Shown: piece after piece, positions 36,105-46,005 of the stretch
Layout of the letters: each line of letters starts with the position of its first letter
Numbering within the stretch: position 1 is the first letter of the stretch
DNA from: a virus
Virus record (IMG/VR): IMGVR_UViG_3300032087_006453
Location: 6,004-70,003 of that record
Length of the DNA stretch: 64,000 nucleotides
Direction: 5' to 3' (one strand)
The notes under the pieces: model-generated
Database searches by the model: none
What the model was told of the DNA's origin: nothing
Seen by the model: the letters and a program-made list of their open reading frames with translations, nothing else
Position numbers and translations under genes: made by a program

Positions 36105-36455
36105 CTAGGACTCAGGAGCAACGGTATCCCTAACGTTCTCGGTGATCTTCTTACCCTTTGCTGCTGCAACGGCAAGAGGTTCAAGACCGAGAGCAAACCT
36201 GACGTTGTCAAACTCAATTGGGCTAAGCCTCTCCTTCAGAGTCTGCATGTCTGCATACTGGTGGAGTGTCATCTCCGTGACGGGAAGCTCCTCGCCCTCA
36301 GGTCCAGGCTCAAACTCACCCGTTTCCCTTGACTCAAAGACAAAGATAAACCCGGGCATCTGCTGGTCCTTCGGGACCGGAACAAACGGAATATTCGAGG
36401 TCAGACCTTCCTGATCCTCTTCGTAACAAAACTCTGGAATCCAGTTATCGCTCAT
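36105..36455 (-). CDS. Hypothetical protein
   Basis: 116-aa acidic ORF with RBS. Confidence 0.6.
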   Translation of the reverse strand: MSDNWIPEFCYEEDQEGLTSNIPFVPVPKDQQMPGFIFVFESRETGEFEPGPEGEELPVTEMTLHQYADMQTLKERLSPIEFDNVRFALGLEPLAVAAAKGKKITENVRDTVAPES

Positions 36456-36503
36456 CGTTTCCTCTCGCGTGATGCATAATGATAAGTCAAAAACACCAAA
36501 AGG

Positions 36504-37463
36504 TTAAATGCGAGATGCCAAACTTTTAATTTGATTGATTAGAGTCAGAGCCTTGTCGGCCTTCTCGTGATCAGAGGACTTCAGGTTCTCTTCCGTCGGT
36601 GCTCTCTCGAGAAGTTTGTCAATGTCTGACTTGAGTTCTGCAACGCCGGAGTTTACCAGGCCCATCATGAGATCTTTTAGGTCGTCACTTTCCGGATTCT
36701 TTTCCTGAAAGTCCGTGATCATCTTGTTGATTTTCGAAGCATCAATCTTGGCACCTGACGAGTTTAGTACGGTTACCAGCTTTTTCAACGTTTCTGCTGT
36801 ATCAACCTTCCTCATCATGGCAATGAGCTTGGACCTCTGTTCGATCGATGCTTTTGCTTGCTCGAGCATGTCGACCAGCGTGTCGAAGTGCTTGTCTCTC
36901 TGGCTTTCAGCATCAATTCCAAAAAACGAAAGAAGCTCATCGACTGCTTTTGCAGTTAATCCCTTGGGAGTCTTTCGTTCAGAAATAAGAACTTCGACAG
37001 AGTTCTTTGACTCAAAGAAAATCTTCTCCAGTGATGATAGACCCTTTCTGAGATCCGATGTATCAGAACTCAAGTCTCTCAGCGTTTTTTCAAGAAACGG
37101 AGGAAGATCCTTTGCTCCAGGATCATCCATCATGAACAGATAAGCGTTTACTGGAAACGTTAGAAAAAATCCAACAGGATTGTAAAGCAACTGCTCTGGA
37201 TCAACCTCAAATGCACCCAGCGATCTCAAGCGCTGATTGGTATCCGAGTTGTAAGCTCTGGTTGCCTCACTGTAGTCGGTAATTGTTTTCTTCAGCTTCT
37301 CATCATCGCCTAGACTGAATGCAATTCTTAGGGGCAGGGCTAACTCTCTGCCAATTTGCAAAAAGCTTCCAACAACAATCCTGGAAACGTCTCTAACGTT
37401 TTCCAGTCCGCCCTTTATATCGCTGAGTCTGAACAGCTCCTCGATGACATCTGGCTGTTGCAT
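36504..37463 (-). CDS. Helical hypothetical protein (probable virion/head protein)
   Basis: 319 aa; FFE|S and LISE sites. Confidence 0.55.
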   Translation of the reverse strand: MQQPDVIEELFRLSDIKGGLENVRDVSRIVVGSFLQIGRELALPLRIAFSLGDDEKLKKTITDYSEATRAYNSDTNQRLRSLGAFEVDPEQLLYNPVGFFLTFPVNAYLFMMDDPGAKDLPPFLEKTLRDLSSDTSDLRKGLSSLEKIFFESKNSVEVLISERKTPKGLTAKAVDELLSFFGIDAESQRDKHFDTLVDMLEQAKASIEQRSKLIAMMRKVDTAETLKKLVTVLNSSGAKIDASKINKMITDFQEKNPESDDLKDLMMGLVNSGVAELKSDIDKLLERAPTEENLKSSDHEKADKALTLINQIKSLASRI

Positions 37464-37464
37464 C

Positions 37465-37974
37465 TTACTGTCCTACGACGATCGCTGCGCCCTTGGCCTT
37501 CTCGACTTCAGGAGACTTCTTTTTTCCGGAAGGCTTCCGCTTCTTCTCCTTCTTTGCACCGCCGCCCTTGCGAGTGGTAGTTACGAAATATGGATCATCT
37601 GATGGATCTTCGACCTTCGACGCTGATTCGCCACCGGACATGATTTCCGTTAGAGCATCTAGGTACGCAAACAGAGCGGTACGCTCTGGCCCACTCAGTG
37701 AGTTGAAGTACTTCTTGACCTGGGAAGAAATTTCTTTGTCTCTAACAGACTTACCGCTTCGCATGAGGTTGAGCTTGTCAATGACCTTTGCGTATGTCGG
37801 CGTTTCAATGCCAGAGTCTTCTTCCTCGTTATCCTGCTCTTGCATTTCAGATGTCGTCTTCTTTCTTCGAAGCTTGAACGGTTCTTGATCCCTCGAGGAT
37901 CTCTTTTGCATCATTCTCTCGTCAGATGCTTCGGAGATCAGTCTTCTTAGAAGCTTTGCCTTTCTAGTACTCAT
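37465..37974 (-). CDS. Leader-bearing protein
   Basis: KAKLLRRLISE|A; KLNLMRSGKS. Confidence 0.6.
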   Translation of the reverse strand: MSTRKAKLLRRLISEASDERMMQKRSSRDQEPFKLRRKKTTSEMQEQDNEEEDSGIETPTYAKVIDKLNLMRSGKSVRDKEISSQVKKYFNSLSGPERTALFAYLDALTEIMSGGESASKVEDPSDDPYFVTTTRKGGGAKKEKKRKPSGKKKSPEVEKAKGAAIVVGQ

Positions 37975-38132
37975 TTCTTATCAACCTTTACCTTCATTCT
38001 ATGACGGTAGTTTTCTCGGTAACGGCGGTGAAGATATTCCTGTGGTGTCTCTGGCGCCTTCTTGATTTCGTTGACAGGCTTTTCGCGCTTCTCAATGTCG
38101 TCCATAAACTTGTCAAATTCAAACTTCTTCAT
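37971..38132 (-). CDS. Small basic protein (53 aa, not in the ORF track)
   Basis: MKKFEFDKFMDDIEKREK...RHRMKVKVDKK; ATGA overlap with the next gene; GATACTTAG motif upstream. Confidence 0.55.
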   Translation of the reverse strand: MKKFEFDKFMDDIEKREKPVNEIKKAPETPQEYLHRRYRENYRHRMKVKVDKK

Positions 38133-38152
38133 GCTTCACCCTAAGCTAAGTA

Positions 38153-38551
38153 TCAAATTGCAGATGACTTGATCTCATCTTCGCAGTCCGAGAGATGCTT
38201 TGCACACTTCATGTCCATGTCTGTTACTTCATCGATGTCTTTCGTCGTTAGGACTACAGATACATCATAGTCACAGACGTGGTAGTCTATGTTGTGACCC
38301 GTGGTTCTCTCTAGATCCATGATATCAAGGACAAACACATCTCTTGACTGCTTGTTTGGAAAAGAAAATCTGCGGCTAAGCTTTGTTTTGCACATTGACA
38401 TTGCCCAGCCCATGCCAGTCCAAGCACCAATTGGAGATGACGGGGCCTTGATGTGTTCCCTAGGCGGTAAAAACTCAAACTGAGTTTTCTCGACCCCGTG
38501 GTCTTCGCTAAGATCAAAAACCTCTCTAAGCATCCTTGCCTTCAAATTCAT
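38153..38551 (-). CDS. Pterin-4-alpha-carbinolamine dehydratase-like protein (degenerate) with leader
   Basis: LKARMLRE|V; LSRRFSF...GHNID...VVLTTKD..VTDMD. Confidence 0.55.
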   Translation of the reverse strand: MNLKARMLREVFDLSEDHGVEKTQFEFLPPREHIKAPSSPIGAWTGMGWAMSMCKTKLSRRFSFPNKQSRDVFVLDIMDLERTTGHNIDYHVCDYDVSVVLTTKDIDEVTDMDMKCAKHLSDCEDEIKSSAI

Positions 38552-39806
38552 CTTGGAACGCCTGTGTTGCATCTAGTGCCTTCTCAACTTCTTGAGATTT
38601 TCTTTTATCTGATAGCTTGTCCCATCTGTCTCGAGCCATACCGGCAACGTCTGCTCCGTCCAAGCTAGCGATTGATTTGAGTGTCGGATAGAAACCCTTG
38701 AGACGATCTACCAAAGTATCGACATCGGTGCTGGAGTCCTCTGCCGCAATGTCCTTTTGAATCTTGTTTCTCAGTTTCTCCGGGGTCATCATGGACTCTC
38801 CGAACATGATGTTCTTGATCGTAAGAGCAGACCGCTTTGGGAAACCGCTTCGCACAAGGCGAGCCTCTATGTCCTTGGATGCTGTTCTGTACAGCTTATT
38901 GTACACAGGGAGAATGAATGAGTTAACGAAGAAAAACCTGTAAGAGTCTAGGCCTCTGGTAATGTCTCTGTTGAGCTTCAGCTCATCAATGTCGTCCTCG
39001 TCAACAAATGGCGTGAGACCTTTGATGAACTGAATCGTAGCAAATATTTCAAGCGACTTTAGATCTTTCGGCGATAGAATTCTCTCAAGAGTTCCCGTTC
39101 TGCGGATAAGCTTCTCAATCGATTGTCTGGCTCCTGAAACGCCAATCCCCATAACATCCGCAAGATCTTCCAGTGTCATGCCGTCTTTTGTGACCTCAAC
39201 CGGTGCGACAATCTCGCCTGGAGGCTTTTCGTCAGAGCTTCCTTTGATCTTGTTGATGGGGTCGTCGGAAGTGAGAATTGTATCCCAGCTAGATGGAACC
39301 TTTTCTCCAGAAGCTCTCATTCTGTCGGCCAGATCTTGAAGCTCTTCCTTTTCCTCGTCGGTCATTCCATCGAACAGCTCTTCGTCTGTGAGGCCCATGT
39401 AATAGTCATCACCGGCTTGCTCGTTAATCCTACCGAGCATCTTCTCGGCTGTTCTTCGTATCGACCGGTAAAGTTTCTCCATTTGCTCTTCTGGTAGGTC
39501 GTTAACTATTGCATGCATGGCCAAACCGAAGTCAGAAGCGGTCTTAGGCTTGTAGTCTGGGTCATCAACCGGAGGAAGCTCGTCGGCCAACTGTGCACTC
39601 ATTACCGAAGACGGTGCTAGGGGCAGCTCCTCTCCAACCGTTGTTTCAGGATTTTTCTTGACAACCAACTTACCGTATCCGGTATTGCCAAGCACAGGAT
39701 CTGCATGCAGAGTTCCTGGTGCTACGGCTCGACTGCCCATGTCTTCGTTCAGATAATTCTCAAAAATCACTGATTCGACAAGGCGATCCAAATTTTTCTT
39801 TGACAT
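38526..39806 (-). CDS. Leader-bearing protein with sigma4-like HTH
   Basis: LDRLVESVIFENYLNE|D; MTLEDLADVMGIGVSGARQSIEK. Confidence 0.55.
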   Translation of the reverse strand: MSKKNLDRLVESVIFENYLNEDMGSRAVAPGTLHADPVLGNTGYGKLVVKKNPETTVGEELPLAPSSVMSAQLADELPPVDDPDYKPKTASDFGLAMHAIVNDLPEEQMEKLYRSIRRTAEKMLGRINEQAGDDYYMGLTDEELFDGMTDEEKEELQDLADRMRASGEKVPSSWDTILTSDDPINKIKGSSDEKPPGEIVAPVEVTKDGMTLEDLADVMGIGVSGARQSIEKLIRRTGTLERILSPKDLKSLEIFATIQFIKGLTPFVDEDDIDELKLNRDITRGLDSYRFFFVNSFILPVYNKLYRTASKDIEARLVRSGFPKRSALTIKNIMFGESMMTPEKLRNKIQKDIAAEDSSTDVDTLVDRLKGFYPTLKSIASLDGADVAGMARDRWDKLSDKRKSQEVEKALDATQAFQDEFEGKDA

Positions 39807-39834
39807 TTTGACCTCTAAAGATAAATAATCTTCG

Positions 39835-40692
39835 CTAAAATTTCGTGCCTAGCGAAACGTGACCATGTGGACTTGCATAAATATCGACTCCAACTCCCGC
39901 ATGAACCCATAAATCGGTGAAAATGGGAATGTGATGGCCAATATTGTATCCTGCAGCGTCGAAATAGAAGTGAGCGTTAGACCCATTGCCGCCAATTCTC
40001 AGTCCGACAACATCGACGTTTTTTGTCGGGTGGATGAAGGAAACGAAAACTGAGCCCAAGAAGTCGGGTGAAGCACCGGCGGCGAGCGTCAATCCAACGC
40101 CAATGTTTGGTTCGAAAAGCCTCTGCTCCTCGACGAAGTCCACCGTTAAATCGTCGATCGGTATGTCGACAAACTGATCTGGGTTTCCACTAGAAGATAC
40201 CTGGAGAAGTGCTGTCGAGCTCTTCTTCGAAATTGCAATGCTGTTTCTAAAGTTAAGGGAGTAGGTTTCGAACTTGTACGGTTCCTGCAGTTGCTTATCG
40301 TACGAAAACTTAGCAACAGGAAGACCGGGCTTTAGTTCGAACGAGTACTCTTGCGGAGGTTCAGAAAATGACTTTTCTGATTCGACTGGAACAACAACGG
40401 TTTCTACCCTGGTAATGTACTGAATCTTTTCCGGACGATCTCTTAGGCTCGTGACCAGATCGAGCAACTGCGTGTTTTCGTCCGTCATGCTTTTGATCGA
40501 CTTGGAAAGACCGGTTACTTTGGTCTTTGTTACGGCAATTTCATCGTGGAGTGTTTCATTCACTCCAAGAAGCTCCTCTATCTCTCTGTCTTTGCTTGCA
40601 GCCGTAAGGGATGATCCCGCCCATGCCCCCAGGGCAAGAAGTAGAACTGCAAAGAAAACAATGATGATCCTTTGTTTATTGCCAATCGTCAT
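39835..40692 (-). CDS. Membrane-anchored protein with coiled coil and beta-rich C-terminus
   Basis: N-terminal TM segment, coiled coil, amphipathic beta strands ending in GTKF. Confidence 0.55.
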   Translation of the reverse strand: MTIGNKQRIIIVFFAVLLLALGAWAGSSLTAASKDREIEELLGVNETLHDEIAVTKTKVTGLSKSIKSMTDENTQLLDLVTSLRDRPEKIQYITRVETVVVPVESEKSFSEPPQEYSFELKPGLPVAKFSYDKQLQEPYKFETYSLNFRNSIAISKKSSTALLQVSSSGNPDQFVDIPIDDLTVDFVEEQRLFEPNIGVGLTLAAGASPDFLGSVFVSFIHPTKNVDVVGLRIGGNGSNAHFYFDAAGYNIGHHIPIFTDLWVHAGVGVDIYASPHGHVSLGTKF

Positions 40693-40936
40693 CTTGAAAA
40701 AACACCAACTGATGGGATTCTTTGGCTGCGTCCAGAACAGGCAAAAGAATCCGATTAAACTCTACCATAAATTCGCTTTGAGCTTTTGACACAGCGGCGA
40801 GAACGTCCTGTGTTTTCCTTAGTGCAGACACAAGCTTTTCGTTTTCTTTTTCAAGCTTTTCAACTCTTTGTTTGAGATCTTCGACGTTACCCGAAGGGTG
40901 TTGATTCTTCGATCTCCCTAAAAATAGACTCAGCAT
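40676..40936 (-). CDS. Coiled-coil hypothetical protein
   Basis: DLKQRVEKLEKENEKL; start trimmed to reduce overlap. Confidence 0.45.
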   Translation of the reverse strand: MLSLFLGRSKNQHPSGNVEDLKQRVEKLEKENEKLVSALRKTQDVLAAVSKAQSEFMVEFNRILLPVLDAAKESHQLVFFQDDDWQ

Positions 40937-41168
40937 CTGCTTTTGCAACTCTCTTTTTAACGACTTTGTTTCTCTTTTCGTATTCAAGCTTTTCGAGCAT
41001 GTCGATGATGTAACTTTCTTTTGCGACAGTTCGAGAAACAAATTCTCGGAAAACTTCTTGCATCGACAGATTGTAGTCAATGAGAAGCTTTCTAAACTCT
41101 CCATGGCACCATTTTTCAAGTGCAATGTGAGTTGAGACTCGCGTCTCAAAGTCGCTAAACTTGCTCAA
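40887..41168 (-). CDS. Hypothetical protein (possible ribbon-helix-helix)
   Basis: STHIAL...FRKLL..NLSMQEVFREF. Confidence 0.5.
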   Translation of the reverse strand: MSKFSDFETRVSTHIALEKWCHGEFRKLLIDYNLSMQEVFREFVSRTVAKESYIIDMLEKLEYEKRNKVVKKRVAKADAESIFREIEESTPFG

Positions 41169-41782
41169 ACAGCGCCTCCGCCTCCGCCTGAAGCACCGAC
41201 AGCAATTGGCTGCTCTAGCTCGTCAGGATCTTCACCGATAGAGATGTCATGGCGAATGTCTAACAATTCCACGAACTCTTCCGCTATATCTGAATCATAA
41301 TTCTTTTCCAGGAACTGTATAGCCTTGTTGACAATGATGGCTTCCATGTCGAGAAGAGTGTCGTAGTTTTTGACGAGTCTAGCAACATCCGATGCGAACA
41401 TGTCGACGTCAAGCTTTTCATCAGCCTCAGTTAGCAAATAGCGACGAAGTGAATACCTCGATTCAGTCTGTAGCTCTGCAGATTTTCTGGCGTTAGCTTC
41501 GTAGTCGACCAAGATTCCTTCGATGGCATCATCGACAGATTTCTCCAAGGACTCCTTGTCATCCGGAGATACTTCCTCGACCTCGTCCTCTTCGTCGTCC
41601 TGATCTTCCTCCTCTTCCTCGTCTTCCTCCTGCTCGCGAATCATGTCCGCTTCTGCAAACTCTCTAGACTCACGGCCAGCTTCGATGGAATCCATTGCAA
41701 TTTCTTCAGAAGGAACAGCGCCAACGGTAGAAATGTCTTCATTCAGAAGTGCTCTTCTTGCTTTATCAAAATTCAAACTCAT
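41165..41782 (-). CDS. Acidic leader-bearing protein (possible head core/scaffold)
   Basis: ARRALLNE|D, poly-E/D tract, ESRYSLRRYLLTE|A. Confidence 0.55.
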   Translation of the reverse strand: MSLNFDKARRALLNEDISTVGAVPSEEIAMDSIEAGRESREFAEADMIREQEEDEEEEEDQDDEEDEVEEVSPDDKESLEKSVDDAIEGILVDYEANARKSAELQTESRYSLRRYLLTEADEKLDVDMFASDVARLVKNYDTLLDMEAIIVNKAIQFLEKNYDSDIAEEFVELLDIRHDISIGEDPDELEQPIAVGASGGGGGAV

Positions 41783-42480
41783 TGTTCCCTTCCTTCGTAA
41801 GCTGCGGCAGCTCTCTCGGCCCTCTTGAATCTAGCGTCAATCTTATCCCAATTCAACTCTCGAATCATTGCAAAAACATAAGCCTTTCTGTCATCGAGAT
41901 AATCTCTGACGTACAGGTCAGGCATTACCGCAAGACTTATGACTGGCGTGACATTCGGAGGAAGGGCATGCATACTATCCACAATGAGATTCATGTACCT
42001 CTTGAGATCATAGTTGTATGCAGTAACGACAAAGTTGCAAGCTGTCATTGCGCATGCAATGAAGTCCTTTTGCCAAGAATCAAACGTTCCCCAGTCCCTC
42101 TCTAGCCTCATGTACGTCAGGGTGTCCATGGCTAGGCTTGACTGAGGATCCCCAATATTCGTTGAGTGCAAACCTAGGAAAAAACTGAGCTGTAGCAGGC
42201 GGCCTTCCTGGGCCTTCAGAGCACTGTATGATGATGCATCTGGCATAGAAACATCGCGGGTTGCAGAATCGAGCTGAGCGCTGACGTGGTTCAACTCGGA
42301 AGCATACAGGTCCAACTTGCTCTGCAGTATCTTCTTTGACTTCTCGCTCAGCGATTCGGTCTCAACCTTCGTCTGCGGAGACTGAACTACGTAGGCCTCG
42401 TTGATTGTTGCAACGTGAGAACTTTTCCTGACGGCATTACGCAGCTCTCTTACATTGATGATGTCCTCGAGCTTCATCAC
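41779..42480 (-). CDS. Degenerate Fe/Mn superoxide dismutase-fold protein
   Basis: LERDWGTFDSWQKDF, PVISL, Y..DY..DRKAYV...LNWDKIDARF; the DxWEH metal motif is absent. Confidence 0.65.
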   Translation of the reverse strand: MMKLEDIINVRELRNAVRKSSHVATINEAYVVQSPQTKVETESLSEKSKKILQSKLDLYASELNHVSAQLDSATRDVSMPDASSYSALKAQEGRLLQLSFFLGLHSTNIGDPQSSLAMDTLTYMRLERDWGTFDSWQKDFIACAMTACNFVVTAYNYDLKRYMNLIVDSMHALPPNVTPVISLAVMPDLYVRDYLDDRKAYVFAMIRELNWDKIDARFKRAERAAAAYEGREQ

Positions 42481-42779
42481 TTCACCTCATAATCTTTTTC
42501 AAACTCTTTTTCAGAAACTACGAGATCAGCTCCAGGCTGGAATCTTGAAGACTCTGGTGATCGGAGAACAATTTGAACTCCGTCAGGCCCACGAATCACC
42601 TCCGCAACGGTGTACTCAAACTGAGACGGAACGTGTCGAACCTTAAGATCCTTTCCAATTACAACGTTTCCGTGATTGTCAACCACGTCAGCCTCGTCAA
42701 GATTTTCAACGATTCTGCGAAGCATCACACGCCGCATGGATTCTAAAATTGCTTTATTCATCTTCTTTAATCCCCGCAA
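42477..42779 (-). CDS. Leader-bearing small protein
   Basis: MRRVMLRRIVENLDE|A; IGKDLKVRH..SQFEYTV. Confidence 0.55.
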   Translation of the reverse strand: MRGLKKMNKAILESMRRVMLRRIVENLDEADVVDNHGNVVIGKDLKVRHVPSQFEYTVAEVIRGPDGVQIVLRSPESSRFQPGADLVVSEKEFEKDYEVK

Positions 42780-44046
42780 GTTTTTGCCACTGCTCTAAAA
42801 TTAGTTCGCCATTTTCAGATTTGCTTTCAAGCTTCACTCTGTCCAAAGCACTCTTCAAATTCTGAATATTGCTGATGAAGCTTCTTCTATTTGCAGTGTT
42901 AGGCTTATCGACCAATCCATCGTAGCTTGACTTTAGGCTAGTATCTGCAATGTTTTGTAGGGCGATTCTTAGCCTGTTTCCGATTTCATTTTCCTGAGGA
43001 TCTGTCAAGTCATCCCTCATCTTCATACCCTTCGACCGGTCGTCTGAGTCGACAGGCTGAAACAGGATACTGGAAAGCGTGGGAAGACCTTCGTCCTCGT
43101 CCTCGTCAGCAGCCTCTTCGGCGGCATCAGCAACAGCTTCAGCTTCAGCCTCGTCTGCCATCTCGTCAGCGAGATCTTCGATAGCCTCTTCGGCTTCTTC
43201 GTCAGGAGCGTCATCTCCAGCTTCGTCATCAGGCTGTTCGGCATCTTCGCCAGGTTGATCCTGGCCTTGATCCTGACCCGTGAGATCTGCAACGTCGCTT
43301 GTTGCTGCGGATACCGAATCCCTAATTTGTTCTGCTGAAGCAGGCGATGATACCCTTGTCATTGCCGGCGTAGAAGACCAAGCAATGATCTTCTCAAGAG
43401 GAATCTTCATCAGGTCTTCTGTAAATTTTGCATCTGATGGTGGAAGAGCTTCAAATCCCAAAGCTCTAACAATTTTTGCAAAAAACCCCTTCGCCTTTGG
43501 TGGCGGAGTGTAAGCATTGGAAATTCCCTTGCGGAATGTTGCATCATCAAGAGATCCAACACCTCCATGCTTTTTGATAAACTCTTCGATTGACAATTCC
43601 CTAACGTCTTCAGCATTGTCTTTCAGTGATTTCTTAGCTGATTCGTCTGATGCAATCGCAGACTTTAGATCCTCAAAAGCACGAGTAACGCTCTGCGTAA
43701 TGGTTTGCATCTTCCGCTGTGCCGAAGCAGCGCTACCGATAATCTTTGCTAGCCTTTTCTTGTTACCAACAAGCCTAATCTTTGCTGGATTCACGTCTTT
43801 GAACTCAGCATCAACCTTGTCGAGATAGGCGGTAACGTTCGTCATTTGTTCTGGGACTTTCTGCCTTAGGTCGTCCAATGCTTGCTTTGTCGACTTTAGC
43901 TGATCCTTGAGCTTCTCGACCTCGTCATCAGTAACTCGTTCTACAAGGATCGAGATTTTTCCTTCGGAGATCACGTTTGCTGCATCGAAGTAAGCAATCC
44001 TGTAGGCCTTTTCAGTTAGCCTGATCGAAAATTCAGTATCGAACAT
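42754..44046 (-). CDS. Helical/acidic probable head protein
   Basis: Acidic linker; C-terminal ILEQWQKLAGIKE; ATATTTAG motif upstream. Confidence 0.55.
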   Translation of the reverse strand: MFDTEFSIRLTEKAYRIAYFDAANVISEGKISILVERVTDDEVEKLKDQLKSTKQALDDLRQKVPEQMTNVTAYLDKVDAEFKDVNPAKIRLVGNKKRLAKIIGSAASAQRKMQTITQSVTRAFEDLKSAIASDESAKKSLKDNAEDVRELSIEEFIKKHGGVGSLDDATFRKGISNAYTPPPKAKGFFAKIVRALGFEALPPSDAKFTEDLMKIPLEKIIAWSSTPAMTRVSSPASAEQIRDSVSAATSDVADLTGQDQGQDQPGEDAEQPDDEAGDDAPDEEAEEAIEDLADEMADEAEAEAVADAAEEAADEDEDEGLPTLSSILFQPVDSDDRSKGMKMRDDLTDPQENEIGNRLRIALQNIADTSLKSSYDGLVDKPNTANRRSFISNIQNLKSALDRVKLESKSENGELILEQWQKLAGIKEDE

Positions 44047-44062
44047 AAGTCATTCCTCAAGA

Positions 44063-44470
44063 CTAAATATGTACTCTCCTAACTAGGATTCCAACAGACT
44101 CTAGTAGTTCTATGCCGCTGCTATCACGATATTCCTCGTCATAGATCACTTCGCCGATTCCAGCATTGATGATAGCCTTTGCACACATTCTGCACGGAGA
44201 GAGTGTAACATACAGCTTCTTCTTTTTCGGATTGTTGTAGTCGAGTTTGATGAGAGCGTTTATCTCCGAATGCAGCATGCCTGACTTACCAGGCTCCGTA
44301 GACTCGGCTTCGTTCGGTCCACCAGCGTAGTTACCATTGTAGCCCATGGCAAGCACCTGTGTATTGTCCGAAGTTACTACAACGGAGCCAACCTTGAAAC
44401 GAGGATCGTAAGATCTTTCTGAAACAGACTTTGCAAACCTCATCCAGATTTCGTCCCAACTAGGACGCAT
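44063..44470 (-). CDS. dCMP deaminase (ComEB-like)
   Basis: RPSWD, VGSVV, GYNG, HSEINA, TLSPCRMC. Confidence 0.9.
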   Translation of the reverse strand: MRPSWDEIWMRFAKSVSERSYDPRFKVGSVVVTSDNTQVLAMGYNGNYAGGPNEAESTEPGKSGMLHSEINALIKLDYNNPKKKKLYVTLSPCRMCAKAIINAGIGEVIYDEEYRDSSGIELLESVGILVRRVHI

Positions 44471-45302
44471 CAAAAATCTCCTCGATGTGCTTTTCAGCAG
44501 GCAGAGTAAATCCAGCAGCCTTTTTATGACCGCCGCCGCCGAACTTCTTAGCAACCTCACTGACGTCGACCGTCTCGTGGAATGCCCTTAGGGAAACCTT
44601 GGTCATGTGATCAGAATGATCCCAATACCAGATTACGGCAAAGTCACAATCTGGTGCGAGCCTAGATCCGATCTCCGACATCCAGTGTGGTGAGTTGACT
44701 ATCAGAACGCTGTGGCCGTCAAGCTTTCGAGGCTGTGCTCGTTCACAAACCTTTTTGACAACAGTCTTGGAGTATGCAAGAATGAACGATCCACGCTTGA
44801 CTGCATCGTCGAAAACACTGTCATCCTCAAACTTCTCGTACTCCTCGAACTCCCACGGCACCATGTCAAAGGCAGCGCTGAACTCCTTGCTGTACGGAAG
44901 TTCCCACTTCCATAGATCCCTGTCCTCAATGTACTGAATGAACTTTGGTGCTTCCTTTCCTGGGTGAAAGAAATTCCATGCTAGCATTGCGCCGCTATGG
45001 TTCATGTCGAACACGGCGTGTGAAACGTCGTGAAGTTCAACCATTGCGGACTTGTGGTGATCGATGATGATGAAGCTCTCTGCTTCTTCAATCATCTTCT
45101 TGGTCGTTGCATTGTTGAACGAAAAATCAAGAACAGCAACGTTCTTTCCCTTTACGTCAGGCGGAGGATCACCGTGACTACACGCATGATATTCCGCTCG
45201 ATTACCAAGAAACTTCCAAGCTGAGAAAGCGGCGCCGAATCCATCATTACAATTGGCGTGATAGATTACGCAATCCACTTCACTTGGTCTGGCAACTGTC
45301 AT
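44460..45302 (-). CDS. DHH/DHHA1 phosphoesterase (NrnB-like)
   Basis: YHANCNDG, LDFS, IDHH, HSGA, IEDRDLW, SLR, GGGGHKKAAGF. Confidence 0.88.
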   Translation of the reverse strand: MTVARPSEVDCVIYHANCNDGFGAAFSAWKFLGNRAEYHACSHGDPPPDVKGKNVAVLDFSFNNATTKKMIEEAESFIIIDHHKSAMVELHDVSHAVFDMNHSGAMLAWNFFHPGKEAPKFIQYIEDRDLWKWELPYSKEFSAAFDMVPWEFEEYEKFEDDSVFDDAVKRGSFILAYSKTVVKKVCERAQPRKLDGHSVLIVNSPHWMSEIGSRLAPDCDFAVIWYWDHSDHMTKVSLRAFHETVDVSEVAKKFGGGGHKKAAGFTLPAEKHIEEIFDAS

Positions 45303-45739
45303 CAGGAAACTCCTGTACTTCCAAAACCGCCGGTCCCACGTTCAGTAACATTCTCAAACAAGCTTTCTTCGTTTACAACTTCAATGCTGTCATAGAAAAC
45401 CGGCAGCAAAAGGAACTGAATAATCTTTTCCCCAGGGGAGATTACAACTTCGTCTTTACTTACATTCATCAGGTTAATATGTATCTCGCCCTGATAGTCT
45501 TCGTCGACTACGGATGCACCAACATGCAAACCTTTCTTAACAGCGACTCCGCTCTTGTTGAACGCAATTAGTGCATGACCCTTTGGAACATCGGCTTTAA
45601 TTCCGCTCGGAATGAGACACGATTCTCCAGGACTTAGACGAATATATTCGCGACCCTGAGGAACGTAGAAATCGATTCCCGCACTCTTTTCCGTGCCTCG
45701 GGTTGGTGTCTTTACTTCTCTGACCTTGCTGATTCTCAT
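45302..45739 (-). CDS. dut: Trimeric dUTPase
   Basis: SAGIDF, NKSG, VVDEDYQGEI, IIQ, RGTGGFGSTG. Confidence 0.9.
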   Translation of the reverse strand: MRISKVREVKTPTRGTEKSAGIDFYVPQGREYIRLSPGESCLIPSGIKADVPKGHALIAFNKSGVAVKKGLHVGASVVDEDYQGEIHINLMNVSKDEVVISPGEKIIQFLLLPVFYDSIEVVNEESLFENVTERGTGGFGSTGVS

Positions 45740-46005
45740 GACTTTCCCTCAATGTGGTTTTGCCAGGCGCCGAGATACGCAACGGCATCTAGCAGATTAT
45801 CTTCCTTGAAATTGTAAGACTGGCGGCTTAGCTTTAGAGCAACGAGTGCAATGTACATATCATGACTAGTCATTTGCTTTCCGGACATACCCGAAGCAAT
45901 CATTGCTGCTCGCTGCATACCCTCGCTAAACGGTCCGTACTCTCGCTCCTTTTCCTCGGAACGTTGGTTGACAATTTCATTTGCCTTTTCTAGAATGTTA
46001 GACAT
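45736..46005 (-). CDS. DUF6378-like small all-alpha protein (putative nucleotide pyrophosphatase)
   Basis: ILEKA..IV..R...YG, LKLSR, KEDNLLDAVAY. Confidence 0.6.
   Translation of the reverse strand: MSNILEKANEIVNQRSEEKEREYGPFSEGMQRAAMIASGMSGKQMTSHDMYIALVALKLSRQSYNFKEDNLLDAVAYLGAWQNHIEGKS

Noticed and set aside
41779-42480. Functional Fe/Mn SOD auxiliary metabolic gene
   Set aside because: Metal-ligand motif DxWEH is missing.
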